A stretch of DNA of 34,320 nucleotides from Trypethelium eluteriae. Taxonomy: Eukaryota. The notes beneath the pieces were generated by a model. It made no database searches and had not been told where the DNA came from. It saw only the letters and a list, made by a program, of their open reading frames with translations. Each line of letters begins with the position of its first letter. The stretch's first letter is position 1. The DNA lies in the NCBI GenBank assembly GCA_051942245.1, contig JAVECL010000231.1, positions 1 through 34,320 on the forward strand. The letters run 5' to 3'. The position numbers were made by a program, and so were the translations under genes. Below, in pieces: positions 11,418 through 23,707 of this stretch.

Positions 11418-14400
11418 ATGGAACCATATCCATTTCCATATGAGCAGCAGTGGATACTCTCCAGCCTGTCAAGACTACAAAATGGTGCTGGCGTTGGTAG
11501 AGAGGCACCAGGGGGCTGTTCAAATCTATGGGTAGAAATTTCATAGACTCGGATCTTTGACACTTGAAGCCAGACTTCTGACATCATGAACAGGACTCCA
11601 GAAACGCGCGTTTCGAGCCATGCTTTTTTCCCTTTCTTTCCATTATCCCATCAGTAATTGTCACTTCGATCGTGCTTCCTCGTCTTCTGCGACCCTACCA
11701 CGGCTTACGTCCAAAATGGATGCAGCCCTTTATTAAAGAGTACCCTGAAGACAAGGGTGAACCCTCTTTCACGCGACTAACTTCTTTCACACCTGCACTT
11801 CTAATTCTCTTATTCTCAACACTTGTTGGGTTTATAGCCTGGGTTGTCATAGCCGCAAAATGGAGTCATGATTTTTCATCTATCTTGTCCGCGGTCTCTT
11901 GGGTAGGTCCTCCTTGATCCAGTCAATTCTAATCTTGCGGCAAGGTATTCCTGGGATTTAACTCGCGTACGCCATGCTCTGATAAACAGGAAGATGTTGC
12001 TGATTCGAGGTTCACCAGGGCGCCTTGTTCATGCTGGCCGCAGCCACGGCCCCGAAAACTGCTCCGGCATCGTTCATTGCATTCTACGTGGCAGAAGTCG
12101 CAATTTTACTTCCTGGTTTAGTTGATGCCGGCACTTCTTTGCAACCCGTGCAAATCGTTGAATATGTTGTATTATTCGCAGCGGTGGCGGCAACCCTCAA
12201 CGTTCTACTTATGCCTTTACGAGACCCATCGCTCCCACTGGAAGATATCAGCCCCGTTTTCACAGCGCCCAAGGACTCACTCAGAAGCCCCGAAGACAAT
12301 CTCACTCTATGGCAGTTCATCACAGTTTCGTGGATGGCTCCCATGATCTCAGTCGGCTCAAATAGGCAGATGCATGACGATGATGTGTGGTTCTTAGCTT
12401 ATGTGTTCCAACACAGAAGACTCCACGAATCCTTCCGGCAGTTGCGTGGATCAGTTACTAGGCGATTACTTTCCGCAAACGGTATAGATATTGCCATCAC
12501 TACCGGGCTCGGAGTTTTGGAATCCTTGGCAAGTACGTACCTAGCTTACCCAGTGTACTCCGTATAAGTAACTTCCCAATGATTGACTGCGACTGTTCAG
12601 CATACTCTACCCCAATTCTTCTTCAACAGCTTCTCTGGTCAATGGAGAACCCCGAAGTACCAAGAAGCTCCGCCGTTACCTACGCTTTGCTCTCGTTGTT
12701 GCTTCGCTTCGTTGCGGCACAATCTGGTGTAATAAGTCTGTGGTACAGTAGAAGATGTTATGAAAGATCAAGAGGAGAAATGATTACAATGCTGTACGAA
12801 AAGACACTGTCAAGGAAAATCATTGGAGACCATGACAAAAACAAATCTGAGGAGTCTAATGAAACAAAAGCTAATGGTACAAAGTCGGACTCAAATCCTT
12901 CTGGGAGGACTTGTGGATTCTGCAGAATTCCATTCTGGCCACGGGCCACAGATTCTAAAGAAAAAGTCAAAAAACCAGCTTCAATGGGGAAGATTCTAAA
13001 TCTCATGCGGTAAGCTCAAAGGAGGAGACGTCGAGTCCTGGATATATGCTAACATTGTATAGCGGAGATGTTTACGAAGTCGCCCAGAGGTAAGTGCTGT
13101 AGCTTGAGGTTTCCTACCCGGGGTTTGACGGTTTGTGAATAGGTTTTGGGAAGTATCGACGATCGTCACTGCGCCTCTCGGACTTATACTTTCTCTCGTT
13201 CTCACGTGGAAGTTAATTGGCTGGCCATGCCTTATTGGCATTTTGACTGTCGCTGTGGCTCAGAGCGCCAACGCCTTGATCACTCGTCTACTGATCAGTT
13301 ACGAGCGCTTTCGCAGGTCTACCACGGATGACCGACTTCAAGTCACGACTCAACTCGTCGAAGCAATCCGGCACTTGCGTTGGTACGGATGGCAGAATGA
13401 GTGGCTTGAACAGATAATCAGCGCCCGACAGCGCGAGCTGAAATGGAGAGTTATCACCGCACTTTGGACTGCATTAATCCATTTCTTCAATTATTTTTCA
13501 AGCGGTATGTTCCCTGTCGCAGCCCTCTACGCTTACACTGTTCTGGCTGGACGGCCGCTCAGTATAGACCTCATCTTTCCGGCATTGCAACTCTTTGGCT
13601 TGTTGGAGGGAAGCCTACGGGTAATTCCAGGATTAATTACGACACTCATCAACGCTTACATTGCCATGGGCCGTATCGAAGATTTCATGAAGGAACCGAA
13701 TAAACCGGATGCTGAATTAAACACAACTTTGGTGGAGACCTCAAAACTTCGTCTAGAGAATGCCTCATTTGCCTGGCCGGGCACAACTGACCCGGTTCTC
13801 AAAAATCTGAGTATTTCATTCCCTTCTGGCCTCAGTGTCGTATGTGGAAAGGTAGGCGCCGGCAAAACGGCGCTCCTCCAATCTTTACTTGGAGAACTCG
13901 ACATGGTCGATGGCTTTTATGAACGTTCGGGTGAGATGATCGGGTACTGCTCACAAACTCCATGGCTCCAAAGCATGAGTATACGCGAAAACATACTATT
14001 TTCATCACCTTACGAAGAGCAACGTTATAAGCGTGTCTTGGAAGCCTGTGCTCTGATACCTGATCTAGCCAACTTCAAGCACGGTGATCTTTCAAATATC
14101 GGTGAGAATGGCATTGGACTTTCTGGAGGACAAAAGGCTCGAGTTGCGCTCGCAAGGGCCATGTACAGCCAGTGCAAGATCTTGTTCCTCGATGACCCCA
14201 TCTCTGCTCTTGATCATCAGACTGCCGAAACTGTTGTTCGTAGATGTCTGACAGGCCCTCTTTCAGAAGATCGGACGATAATACTAGTCACGCATCGCAC
14301 TGAGCTATGCAATAGCATCGCTGAACAAATAATTGAGATTACTGAGGGCGATGCTCGAGTTTTGCCGTCCAGTCTCCCTGCAAGCATCTTGAAAACAAGC

Positions 14401-16291
14401 GATCCCGAGAATGCGTCCGAAGATGATCAGGAAGAGTCTAACGAAGAAGAGAAGGACGCCGCTGTTCCAGACAAATTCATCGAAGATGAGCATCGAGCGC
14501 ATGGCGGAGTTCAATTGAGAATTTATTGGGAATACGTTAAAGCAGGCAAGCTGAAATGGTGGGTCATTCTAGTCTGGCTGCTGACGACTGGACGCCTGCT
14601 GTCTCTGCTGAAACAATGGTTCCTGAAGGCATGGGGTGAAGCGTATGACAATTCGGTGGAAAAAGCCTCAAGTGGCCTCTTTGACCGTCTTCCTCTTCCG
14701 GATGTGAACGTTCGACCGTGGCTCCTTGTCTTCTTCACTCTAGCAGTTGTCCAAGCTGTTACAGCCTTCATAGGCCAGACATTCATGCTTGTTATTATTT
14801 ATTCGGCAGGAAAGCGGATGTTTCAAGAGGCAATGATCAAAGTCAGCCATGCGACATTTCGCTTTTACGATGTCACACCTGTTGGCCGCTTGATGAACCG
14901 CTTGACCTCTGATATCGCTACCGTCGACGGGAACATTAGCTTCCAATTCCAGATAATAGCTTTTAGTGCTGTCAATTGGATCTCTTCCGTGGTCGTTATT
15001 GCCTCTGTCACGCCAATCTTCCTGGTCTTCTCAGTCGTCCTTACTGTGGCTTTTGTACTCATTTTCCGCCGTTTCCTGCCTACTTCACAAAGTCTGCGGC
15101 GACTTGAGATGGTTTCTCTCAGCCCGCTGATGTCTAATTTCGGCGCGCTTGTGGAAGGATTGGTCACTGTTCGAGCATTTTGTGCTCAACATCGTTTCCA
15201 AGACCGAGTTATCGAAGTGGTCGACAATTTCCAAAAGATGGATCACTTTTATTGGACCCTTCAGGCCTGGCTCATGTACCGCTTCGACACTTTGTCGGCC
15301 CTCTCCTCGTTCATACTGACGGTATTGGCTCTCTATACCAACGTCTCACCTGGACTAACTGCATTCGTCCTTGTTGCTGCGGACAATTTTGTGCAGTCTA
15401 CACACCAGCTCTGTAAGCAGTATGGGCAACTTCAAATGCAATTTGTATCCGTGGAACGTGTCATCGAGCTCCTTCAACTGGACCAAGAGCCTGAAGGAGA
15501 CATCAAACCGCCGGCTTGGTGGCCCTCTCTCCGGAGCGAAGTCTCGTTTCACGATGTGACCATCCGATATGCTCCAAACCTGGATGCGTCCTTAACCAAT
15601 GTCTCGCTCAAGATTCCCGGTGGTTCTACGACTGCAATCATAGGACGTACGGGATCTGGCAAAAGCACCCTCGCCCTCTCTTTGCTTGCCACAGTCCGCC
15701 CAGAAAAGGGCCAGATACTCTTGGACAACGTAGATATCGCGAGAGTTGACACACAAGCGCTCCGTAGGAGAATTACATTTCTCGCACAGGATCCGGTGCT
15801 CTTTCCTGGCGCTATGCGCAAGAATCTGGATCCGCTGAATGAACACTCTGATGAGGATTGCGCCGCTGTCCTAGAGCGCGTGTGTAGTCGACACGGTTGG
15901 AAATTGGAGACCGAGATTGAAGCTGGCGGCAAGAATCTGAGCCAAGGTCAGAGACAGTTGATTGGCTTGACAAGAGCGGTATTAAGGAGGAGTCCCGTTG
16001 TGATTCTCGATGAGGTCTTTGTTTTCTCCCCTCTATCCTATGCTGCCATGCTAATTCATATAGGCTACTGCTTCAGTGGACCTGGAAACTTCGATGGAGA
16101 TCCAGCAAATTCTCCGTGAAGAAATGAAGGAAAGTACGGTAATCACGATTGCTCACAGATTGGAGGCCGTTAAGAATGCGGATTATTGCATCGTACTCGA
16201 TAAAGGTGGCGTGTTGGCCCAGGGCCCAGCCGCAGACATGCTGCACACCGGTACTGCCGTAGATAATGTGCAGTCTACAGAGGAGATTTGA
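11418..16291 (+). CDS. Full-length ABCC (MRP-like) ABC transporter, multi-exon
   Basis: TMD-NBD-TMD-NBD layout. NBD1: GKVGAGKT, LSGGQKARV, LFLDD. NBD2: GRTGSGKS, LSQGQRQL, ILDE|ATASVD, TIAHRL. Upstream exons supply the N-terminal TM region and the SPED..LWQFITVSWMAP motif. The 5' exon (ATG 11418, intron 11532-11593) is less certain. Confidence 0.92.
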
Positions 16292-18204
16292 GGGAGTGGT
16301 GACATGATGCATTCGGTGGATGCATGCACTTGGTCTTCGTCTCGATTCAGTTCGCTATACGTTTAGGGCACATTATCCATATCCATATACGATGTGAAAT
16401 GTTGAGATAAGCCTCTCTTCACATCGACCTATGTGGCCACAATAGAATGTTATGAAATTATGAAATTGCTTGCCGTCGACGCCACTGACCATCAAAATGA
16501 AAAATTTCCCGGGAGATTTTGTTTCCAAAAAGCCCTTCCGTGCTTTCTCAGAGGAAACAGTTCTCTACCATTACTCGCACTCTCCCCTAAATTGCGTACC
16601 AGTCAACCCTTCGAGAAAACATACATAGAAGTAAAAGTAGCAAAGATTGAGGTCCATGGTCTCGAATGTTACGCATCAGGTTCGCTGAGGTCCCGGAGCA
16701 GGATGTGAACTTGCCTAACAGAAAGCAGTCAGCTATGTCTCTACCGCAGAGCATTTGTCCCGGAGGTTGGTGTAGAGAAATGATGCTACACTTCTCACAA
16801 AGAGCTGCTCATTCAAAGATTGCCAGTGATCGTTAGCCCCTGCAAATCGATTGAGATCCATAGAGCGACCTATCACGATCTTCGCAGCAAACTGGATCGG
16901 TTGAGAATGTGTCCACGCGCGATAACCCCCCTAAGAGATATAGATCGACGAAACGATGTGGGTCTCCCAACTATGCTGTAGGTCTACGATCCTCTTGAAT
17001 CAAAACGGCTCTGATGGCGAGGGAGCATACATTTTTTCTCAAAGGACATGACGATTTCCCCTGAGACCAGGCACACAGCCCATTGGCCGAGATCTCGTAG
17101 AAAAGATAGAACGAGGTGCCTATTGAATCAACTGTCAATCTCTATCCGAGAGCAGCGCTGACCTGGGCTCTCGAAGTCTAGAAGCGAGTTACGCGAATCA
17201 CACGATTAATTATTGCATGAACTTATAGAAATCCTGACTGTATGACGACAAGAGCCGAGACCCAATAAGCATCAGGTCCCCACTTTGTCCCTCGTATTCT
17301 TCGATTTGCCGCTTCTCCTGACCCTACTCAATGCAATCGATTCTGCAAATGGAGTGCGGTTGTGGGTTCGAATTTTAATCACCGACCTCGTGGCGGCCTG
17401 ATAGCAGCATGGGGTGATGGTCTAAGTCAAAATCCCGCGAGCGATAGAAAATGCCGTTTCGGGTAAAGCAGACGTACCAGGATGATTTCAGCTGCACCCA
17501 TCGTCCTTTTCTCTATGTGAGCACCCGAGCATAATCTCCTGTTTTTATTTCCGAAAAACCGGGGGCCACCGATGTAGAGTGGCAGGCACGCACGGCGCAG
17601 CAGGCGCGCAGGGCACCCACGGAGGTATGTAGCGAGATCGACCGGCACCCCACCGATTGGCTGATATTCAATCGCCCCTCTACCGTACTTGGACTAGCAC
17701 GTCTTGGCAATGTTCTTTTTCTAAACGACGAACTTTAACGATCGTTACGATCAGGATGCCTCAGACAGCTGGCATACTTGCGCATGGGTTTTCCGCATAA
17801 TTAAGTTCACAGGAGTGTGAGTTGACATTTTGGCCCCGCAGGCTCGTCCTTTCCTTTGCCGTCTACAGTCCGAGAGTTCTCCAAACGAGTGCCTCAGCGT
17901 CCTCGCAAGCACCCTCGCTGGACTTTCATCTACTGACTACCTTATCTTCAACGATGGCTGAACTTTAGCGTTCGTGTAAACTTCAACAACTGCCGCCTAG
18001 CTCCTTCGGTCGGTCTCAAGACTCACATTTTGCCAAACCACATCTCGGTGTATTTGAATCTATTATTGCATCATGAAATGCGTGGGGGGTATTGGATCCT
18101 TGATTACTATTGGATAGAAGGCATTAATACCAAGACTGGACATGACACCCTTGCTGTCTATTCCGAAGCAGTATATATTGAGTCACCTGAGAGTCAGGAA
18201 ATTT

Positions 18205-21099
18205 TCAGAAGGGTGGGAAGCTGTCTGACTGCCCGAACGTGTAATCCAGCACGCTGGCCAATTTGGCCATGACTTGGTTGCCAAGCTCGACAGCCGATGG
18301 TAGAGATGCCCCTACCCCTAGCATCACCCGATCCAGAAATATCACGCAACCGGGCTTGACGGTGACCAGGAAAATAATAACTGGGTCACCAATTTCGTTT
18401 ACAGCGGCGAACGACATTGCATGGCGAACCCATAGCCGCCGAAAGTCTTCGGCGTATTCCGTTGGCAGTAGGCTCATGCATTTCGTGATGAACACATCTT
18501 CACAGCATGCAATCCGTTTCAGGCGGAGTGGCGTCTTAGCCTTGCCGATCGTGACCCCCAAGCTTTCAGCAGCCGAGGCAAGAGCGCAGTCGAACAGATC
18601 CCGGTGCGCACTGACAGATGACACAAAACTGTCGATACATTCCCGGGTGATATGTGGCATGGTAATGAAGTGGATCCAGTTCTCTTTAGGCGAAAGATCA
18701 AACTTTTCGACCAGACGCAGGGGCTGCCGTTCCACAAGAGTGATCAAGGACTCTTCGTTGAAGCGTGTAATGATGCCTGCCTTCTGCAGTTGACTTCGCA
18801 AGTGTTGTGCATTTGAAATGCAGCCTCTATGCAATGCAGCAACGTCATCAAGGCTGAAAAGCTGATTGTACAGCCATACTTCGAAAGCGATGCGGGGATC
18901 GCTACAGCTATCCATTGTACTCAAACTTCCGCCTGACGGCACATAGCAGAGGACAAGTCCAGAAACGGAGAGGCCAGCAAACTTGTGATTGCTGATGCTT
19001 ATGCTTTGAACGACTGGCTTCGATGCATGATGACTGCGTGGTGGGCCAAGACGAATACACCCGACGTCATAGCCAAATCGGAGGGCGCCATCAGCATGGA
19101 TGTGGTCAATGGCCAGACCCTTTTGCTCTACTGATTGCACCAAACCCAACACGTCATCCGACCCTCCCGTGAAAGTTGTGCCAAAGTTGGCCAGCAGAAT
19201 GATTTGGTGTGGCTGTCCTCTCTGAAGGGCCAATTTTCTATCGAACAGAACTCGTTGCGCAAACGATTCGGGTATCATTCGGCCCATCTCATCAGTCTCG
19301 ACTTCAGAGAAGCGGGAGCATCTCTCCTTGCTCACACGAAAACGATTCTCAAGGATCTTCCGCACACTATAGTGCGTCGCGGTTGACAGATAGACATGAC
19401 CATCTGGATAATGCTTCAGAGCAGTGAGGAGTCCTACTCTATTCCCCATGCTACCACCTGTTGTGATGCCTCCGGAAAAGTCGGAAAATTTTTCCAGTGG
19501 CACACCTAGTCGTCTCTTCAGGTCAGAAAGCAAGTTCCTTTTCTGTGCCAGCACCCAATTGATTGGAATAGCTTTGGTCAACATGCATCCAATGATCGGT
19601 CCCAATGCTGATAGGGTTGAGTGGTTTCCATGGTAGCCTCCAGATGAACGAGATTTGACCTGCCAGCCCGCAGCCATTCGACAAAGCTTATCTTCGACTT
19701 CTTTGGAGACTTTGTAAGCGTTAAGATCTATGTCAAGGCTCTCGATCGTGCGTGGTACACATTCCATGCCAAGGATGTCTTCCACGAAAGAGTGAATGTG
19801 CGTAGCTGTCACGCTGGGCTGAACAGTCATAAGAAATCTGCCTCCACCCAGATCCATCAACCCCAATCTGGCTTGCTGGTCTTTGTGGGGAGATGTTGAA
19901 AGGGTGACGATGAGGTCGAGCGAGCTGTTAGGGGCGTCGAACTGTACGCCCTTTTCTTCCAAAAGTGAGCTTAGCATGTTCCGTAGCCTTCTGCAACGGG
20001 CATAGATTTGCCGAATTCCACTTCTCTGGAACCGCTTCTCTTGTAGAGCCACTAGGAGTCCATTCAGTGCATCTCGGGAACCAGAGAGGGTGCTATCTGG
20101 GCCTTGGACACATTCTATATACCGACCAGGACCACCACCTAAACAACGTGGCTTTAATGCTACCACGAATGGTGGATTCGAGAAGTTGAGTCCTCCTGCT
20201 ACAATCGTAGAGGCATGTACGATTCCAGGAGACTTGTGACTGTCTGTCGGCACTGCTCGTAGCAGGAGGCGCGGTAAACCAAGTTGCAGGCGCCGTTTGC
20301 GAGGAAGAGTGGTGAGGAAATCGAATGTACGAGCGGCATCGACGTGCAAGAAAGTCTGGCCTTTCGAGCTCGCTCTGTGTATAGCGAGAACTTCCTGGAT
20401 AGAATCGATATCATCGGCACCGCCTCGGCGATTCCCAAGCGTTGCGACAACAATTGCTGGGTGATCTCTATCCATCCGAGACCTCAGAATCCCGTCAAGG
20501 TCGGAAACGGGAAGTTCAGCATTTATACCGCCTTTCAATTGCACGAATTCGAGTCCAAACATCTCGGCGGCGTGGTACACCGCTTCGTGTGCTCCGCAAC
20601 TCGCAATTAGCATTGGCGTACAATCCGGTCGATCCTCTTGCAATTGTGTCACCAAGGCGCCAATTAGGAATTGATTGGCTTCTCCTCGATTGCAGACATA
20701 ACCAGCAGGAGAAGGATCACCAACGCGTCGTCCCTTGGTCACCAGAACTTCAAGTTCAAAGGGTTTGAAGTGAAAACTCCAACTTCCCGCGTTGTCATAT
20801 GGCAAAAATATACCGTTGTTGTACCAAGGCAAACCGGCTCTCCGAGCCACGGCTGCTGTATGCAAGAATGCTGCATCAATATAAGAGTCGAAAGGTGGCA
20901 TATTCTTCTTGCTCCACGAGCGAGACAGCTCAATAATTTCTTCCAGTATCCTTTGTAAACGTGGGTTCCCTTCGTCCCACCTTTCTGTCACAGCAGTTCT
21001 TAGCCATCTTGGCCTTGTCGCAAAAAAAGCTGTGGCGATCTTGGAATTGGGGATGTCTGTATGCACTTGCGCGGTTGCCATATTCACGGATGTCGACAT
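18205..21099 (-). CDS. Intronless 964-aa protein with two tandem group II PLP-dependent (histidine/serine decarboxylase-like) domains plus a ~130-aa C-terminal extension
   Basis: Domain 2 motifs GGITTGGSMGNRVG, THYSVRK, NFGTTFTGGSDD, HIHADGAL and SISISNHKFAG (PLP Lys codon 18982-18984) match bacterial HDC motifs recalled from memory (GYVTNGGTEGN, THYSVAK, IGTTVRGAIDD, LHADAAL, SIGVSGHK). Domain 1 has degenerate copies (GYVCNRGEAN, AHEAV, TLGNRRGGADDI, HVDAAR, DSTLSGSR). Confidence 0.88.
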   Translation of the reverse strand: MSTSVNMATAQVHTDIPNSKIATAFFATRPRWLRTAVTERWDEGNPRLQRILEEIIELSRSWSKKNMPPFDSYIDAAFLHTAAVARRAGLPWYNNGIFLPYDNAGSWSFHFKPFELEVLVTKGRRVGDPSPAGYVCNRGEANQFLIGALVTQLQEDRPDCTPMLIASCGAHEAVYHAAEMFGLEFVQLKGGINAELPVSDLDGILRSRMDRDHPAIVVATLGNRRGGADDIDSIQEVLAIHRASSKGQTFLHVDAARTFDFLTTLPRKRRLQLGLPRLLLRAVPTDSHKSPGIVHASTIVAGGLNFSNPPFVVALKPRCLGGGPGRYIECVQGPDSTLSGSRDALNGLLVALQEKRFQRSGIRQIYARCRRLRNMLSSLLEEKGVQFDAPNSSLDLIVTLSTSPHKDQQARLGLMDLGGGRFLMTVQPSVTATHIHSFVEDILGMECVPRTIESLDIDLNAYKVSKEVEDKLCRMAAGWQVKSRSSGGYHGNHSTLSALGPIIGCMLTKAIPINWVLAQKRNLLSDLKRRLGVPLEKFSDFSGGITTGGSMGNRVGLLTALKHYPDGHVYLSTATHYSVRKILENRFRVSKERCSRFSEVETDEMGRMIPESFAQRVLFDRKLALQRGQPHQIILLANFGTTFTGGSDDVLGLVQSVEQKGLAIDHIHADGALRFGYDVGCIRLGPPRSHHASKPVVQSISISNHKFAGLSVSGLVLCYVPSGGSLSTMDSCSDPRIAFEVWLYNQLFSLDDVAALHRGCISNAQHLRSQLQKAGIITRFNEESLITLVERQPLRLVEKFDLSPKENWIHFITMPHITRECIDSFVSSVSAHRDLFDCALASAAESLGVTIGKAKTPLRLKRIACCEDVFITKCMSLLPTEYAEDFRRLWVRHAMSFAAVNEIGDPVIIFLVTVKPGCVIFLDRVMLGVGASLPSAVELGNQVMAKLASVLDYTFGQSDSFPPF

Positions 21100-21798
21100 G
21101 TATTTTATTGAAGGCGCGTCTTTACTCAGTAGATGGCCGGGATAGAGGACCTTTTATTTTCCATCTTCCTCTGTGCTAGCCTTGAATGCTGACCTAAACA
21201 GGTTGGGCCTCTTCAAATTTGCAATGCATTCTAATACTACTACTCAATGCGAGACAAGACTAACGCAAGCAACAGCTGTTCGGTGCTAGATACGATATGT
21301 GCTGACATTTGATCGAAGCTCCTCGGAGGCCAAGACCAGCGTTCCGCTTTTCAGAAATGCTGGGCACCTGCTTTTCTAACGGCAAAAGCCATATCCTAGG
21401 TCCTTTAGAATGGTTAACAATTACTATCATCCTTGCAGCACGGCAGTTCAAGTTGGATGCCCAAACACAGAAGGCACTCTTTTTTATTACCACTGCGGTA
21501 TAGTGAGATTACTTCATGTCTGCGCTCATGAAGTTCATCTCGACTTGATTTATGACAGAAATTAAACAGATGAGCGTGAGGATGTTATTTCATGCTGAGT
21601 CATGATTCCGTTACACATTTACTTAGCAGTACACAACATCAGAGCTACTCAGGTGTCCGTTTTTTTGGTTTTTTTTCGCCGTTCTTCCATCTTGCCTTTT
21701 CTCTTGATCACCTATCTGAAGACGAACGGTTTTGCAATACCTCGCCTTTGCTTCATAGAAAGCCGTTAGCTGAAAGTGTTAAGGAACTCTTTCAGACA

Positions 21799-22923
21799 CT
21801 ATTCCTGCACAAAAGGACCTAGAATCTAATGTCAAAGCTGATGGTTGGTAGAGTTCGGGGAAAATTTCGACGCACCTAGAGTAGGGTGTATCAGCAAGCC
21901 AGGTGTAAAAGCGTCCACGAAATTCTGCTCCGCCCATTCATATATGTCTCCAAAGTTACGGCACTCCTCAATCGTGTCTCCGTTAGGGATCAACATGGGC
22001 CTATCTACATCCTCTCTCCACCTGAAACCTGTTACGGACACAGAGCCACGGCATTTCAGCAAATCAACGAGATATTCGAAACAATGATCTACGACTATCA
22101 GCATTAAGATCATCGGTTATGGAATGTGCACATACCTGCGTGCGAAGTCTGTGCCTTGTGTTCTGCTTCTGACATGTTAGGAAAGTAGTAGTCTCGATGT
22201 GCCCATTGACGTATTCGTTTCTAGTGACCACAGTATGAGCATCGCTGAATATGAGAAAGTCGTAAGGATTTAGAGAGGATATACCATGCAATGAAGATCA
22301 TGAAAGACGCCGAGTTGAGCTAGGCTTTGACCTGCTCCATCCTGTATTGGAACAGAGGTCATATTCAGTTTTCTTAGATCATCATTCGAAACTGCAAAGC
22401 TCCCATCTGTAAAGACAGTGAGTTCAATCACTTGAATAGCGATCTAGACACGGTTATTAACTCACACTCCAGAAGCTCATCCCAGGCCCTATCATTCTCT
22501 GGCGTCGGGTCGCCAGTGAGAATCGCTGAGCGAGGCTGACCGCCTTGGTCAAAAGCGATAGTCGTATAATGAATGGCGCTTTCGGCAGGTGCTAAAAAAG
22601 GCTGAATGAGTATACTGTACAACTCGCATGTTCGCATAGGTGGAATAGCCAAGAGAGTGCTTACAATATCCAAACGATGGTTCTTTCATCCTTCTGCTTG
22701 AATGGACAACAACTCCCAGAACAAATGTGTACACCATGATTAGACCAAGATGAAGTACGATGAATTGCGTTGTTCTCCCAGGTGAGATCTTATTCATGAT
22801 CTGCTTTGCATGTTGGTCCGAAGTCTCTTTGAGGAAGGGCTCAGAGACATGACCATTGTCATCTCCCTGGCCACAGACTTCTGAGTAACCATTCAGTCGT
22901 CTCTGGAGGTTACACACAAACAT
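21799..22923 (-). CDS. DUF3328 / UstYa-family oxidase (fungal RiPP cyclase-type). Exons 22923-22665, 22591-22466, 22406-22285, 22220-22136, 22088-21876, 21818-21799
   Basis: Manual splicing over five GT-AG introns gives an N-terminal TM anchor (FIVLHLGLIMVYTFVLGVVV), YSPA, GDPTPENDRAWDELL, LGVFHDLHCMKRIRQW (HxxHC 1), SHADHCFEYLVDLLKC (HxxHC 2) and ECRNFGDIYEWA. All are DUF3328 hallmarks. Confidence 0.92.
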
Positions 22924-23587
22924 ATTAGATGCTCGGAGAACCAACATTCAACGTTTTCATGAACTCTAGGATGAAAGAATAGCAAGATGCGTCGACACAA
23001 ATCGTCTCCCACTTGTGCTACCTGGTCATGTATTTAGAGATAGCTCCACTTAGACACAATCACCATGATCCCCGTCGTTTGTTGGATCTGCAAAAGATGA
23101 TTTCAAATTATACCGGATCACGCCACCTACTATTAACTTTATTGATTGTTAGATTGGGCCGCCATGTTCATTGCAAATGCTGGGAACACCGGTCCATCTG
23201 ATCGGTAGCTAGAAATCGTGAACGTAGAAAGCATACATGTGAATGAACAAGGAGCAGCCAAGTCCGTAGACAACATGCCTTAGGGAGCTGACGTGTGGCT
23301 CGCATAACCTACTTGTGCTAATCAATTTCCAGCTAATTGTACGCGTCATGCTGCTTGAAACTTCGCTTAGATATCACAACACTGTGATGCACATACATAG
23401 AACTAGCCCAACGTAGGGGCAGGGGAATTACGGGAGCCAGGGCTGTCTACATTGAAGCAGATATTATCGTGCGGGGCCATTGACTACGATCAAGACCATA
23501 ATGTTCAAGCTCGCCGGTGGCATGAAAAATACCTGCAGGATTAACTATCTCTCCTCCCCACAACAATACAACCAAGGCGTGTTCTGC

Positions 23588-23593
23588 TATAAA
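23588..23593 (+). promoter_or_regulatory. TATA box of the precursor-peptide gene
   Basis: TATAAA about 115 bp upstream of the ATG at 23708, followed by a CT-rich stretch. Confidence 0.5.
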
Positions 23594-23707
23594 GACTTTC
23601 AAGTTGTCCCTCTTCTCTTCAACACTGACCAGACTCCCTTATCTCTTGCGTATTGCAATTTGAACGAAATCCACTATTCAATTGGTTCCCTAAGCAACAC
23701 GCACAAA

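Noticed and set aside
16433..18030. Short ORFs and a GC-rich patch (~17560-17650) in the ABC-PLP spacer
   Set aside because: No domain motifs, terminal repeats or tRNA-like structure that I could support.
23480..23707. 76-aa N-terminal extension of the precursor in the ORF track, and overlapping repeat ORFs 23690-24112 (-) and 23763-24221 (+)
   Set aside because: The extension starts at TTG, spans the TATA box and precedes a good signal peptide beginning at ATG 23708. The other ORFs are alternative-frame shadows of the tandem repeat.
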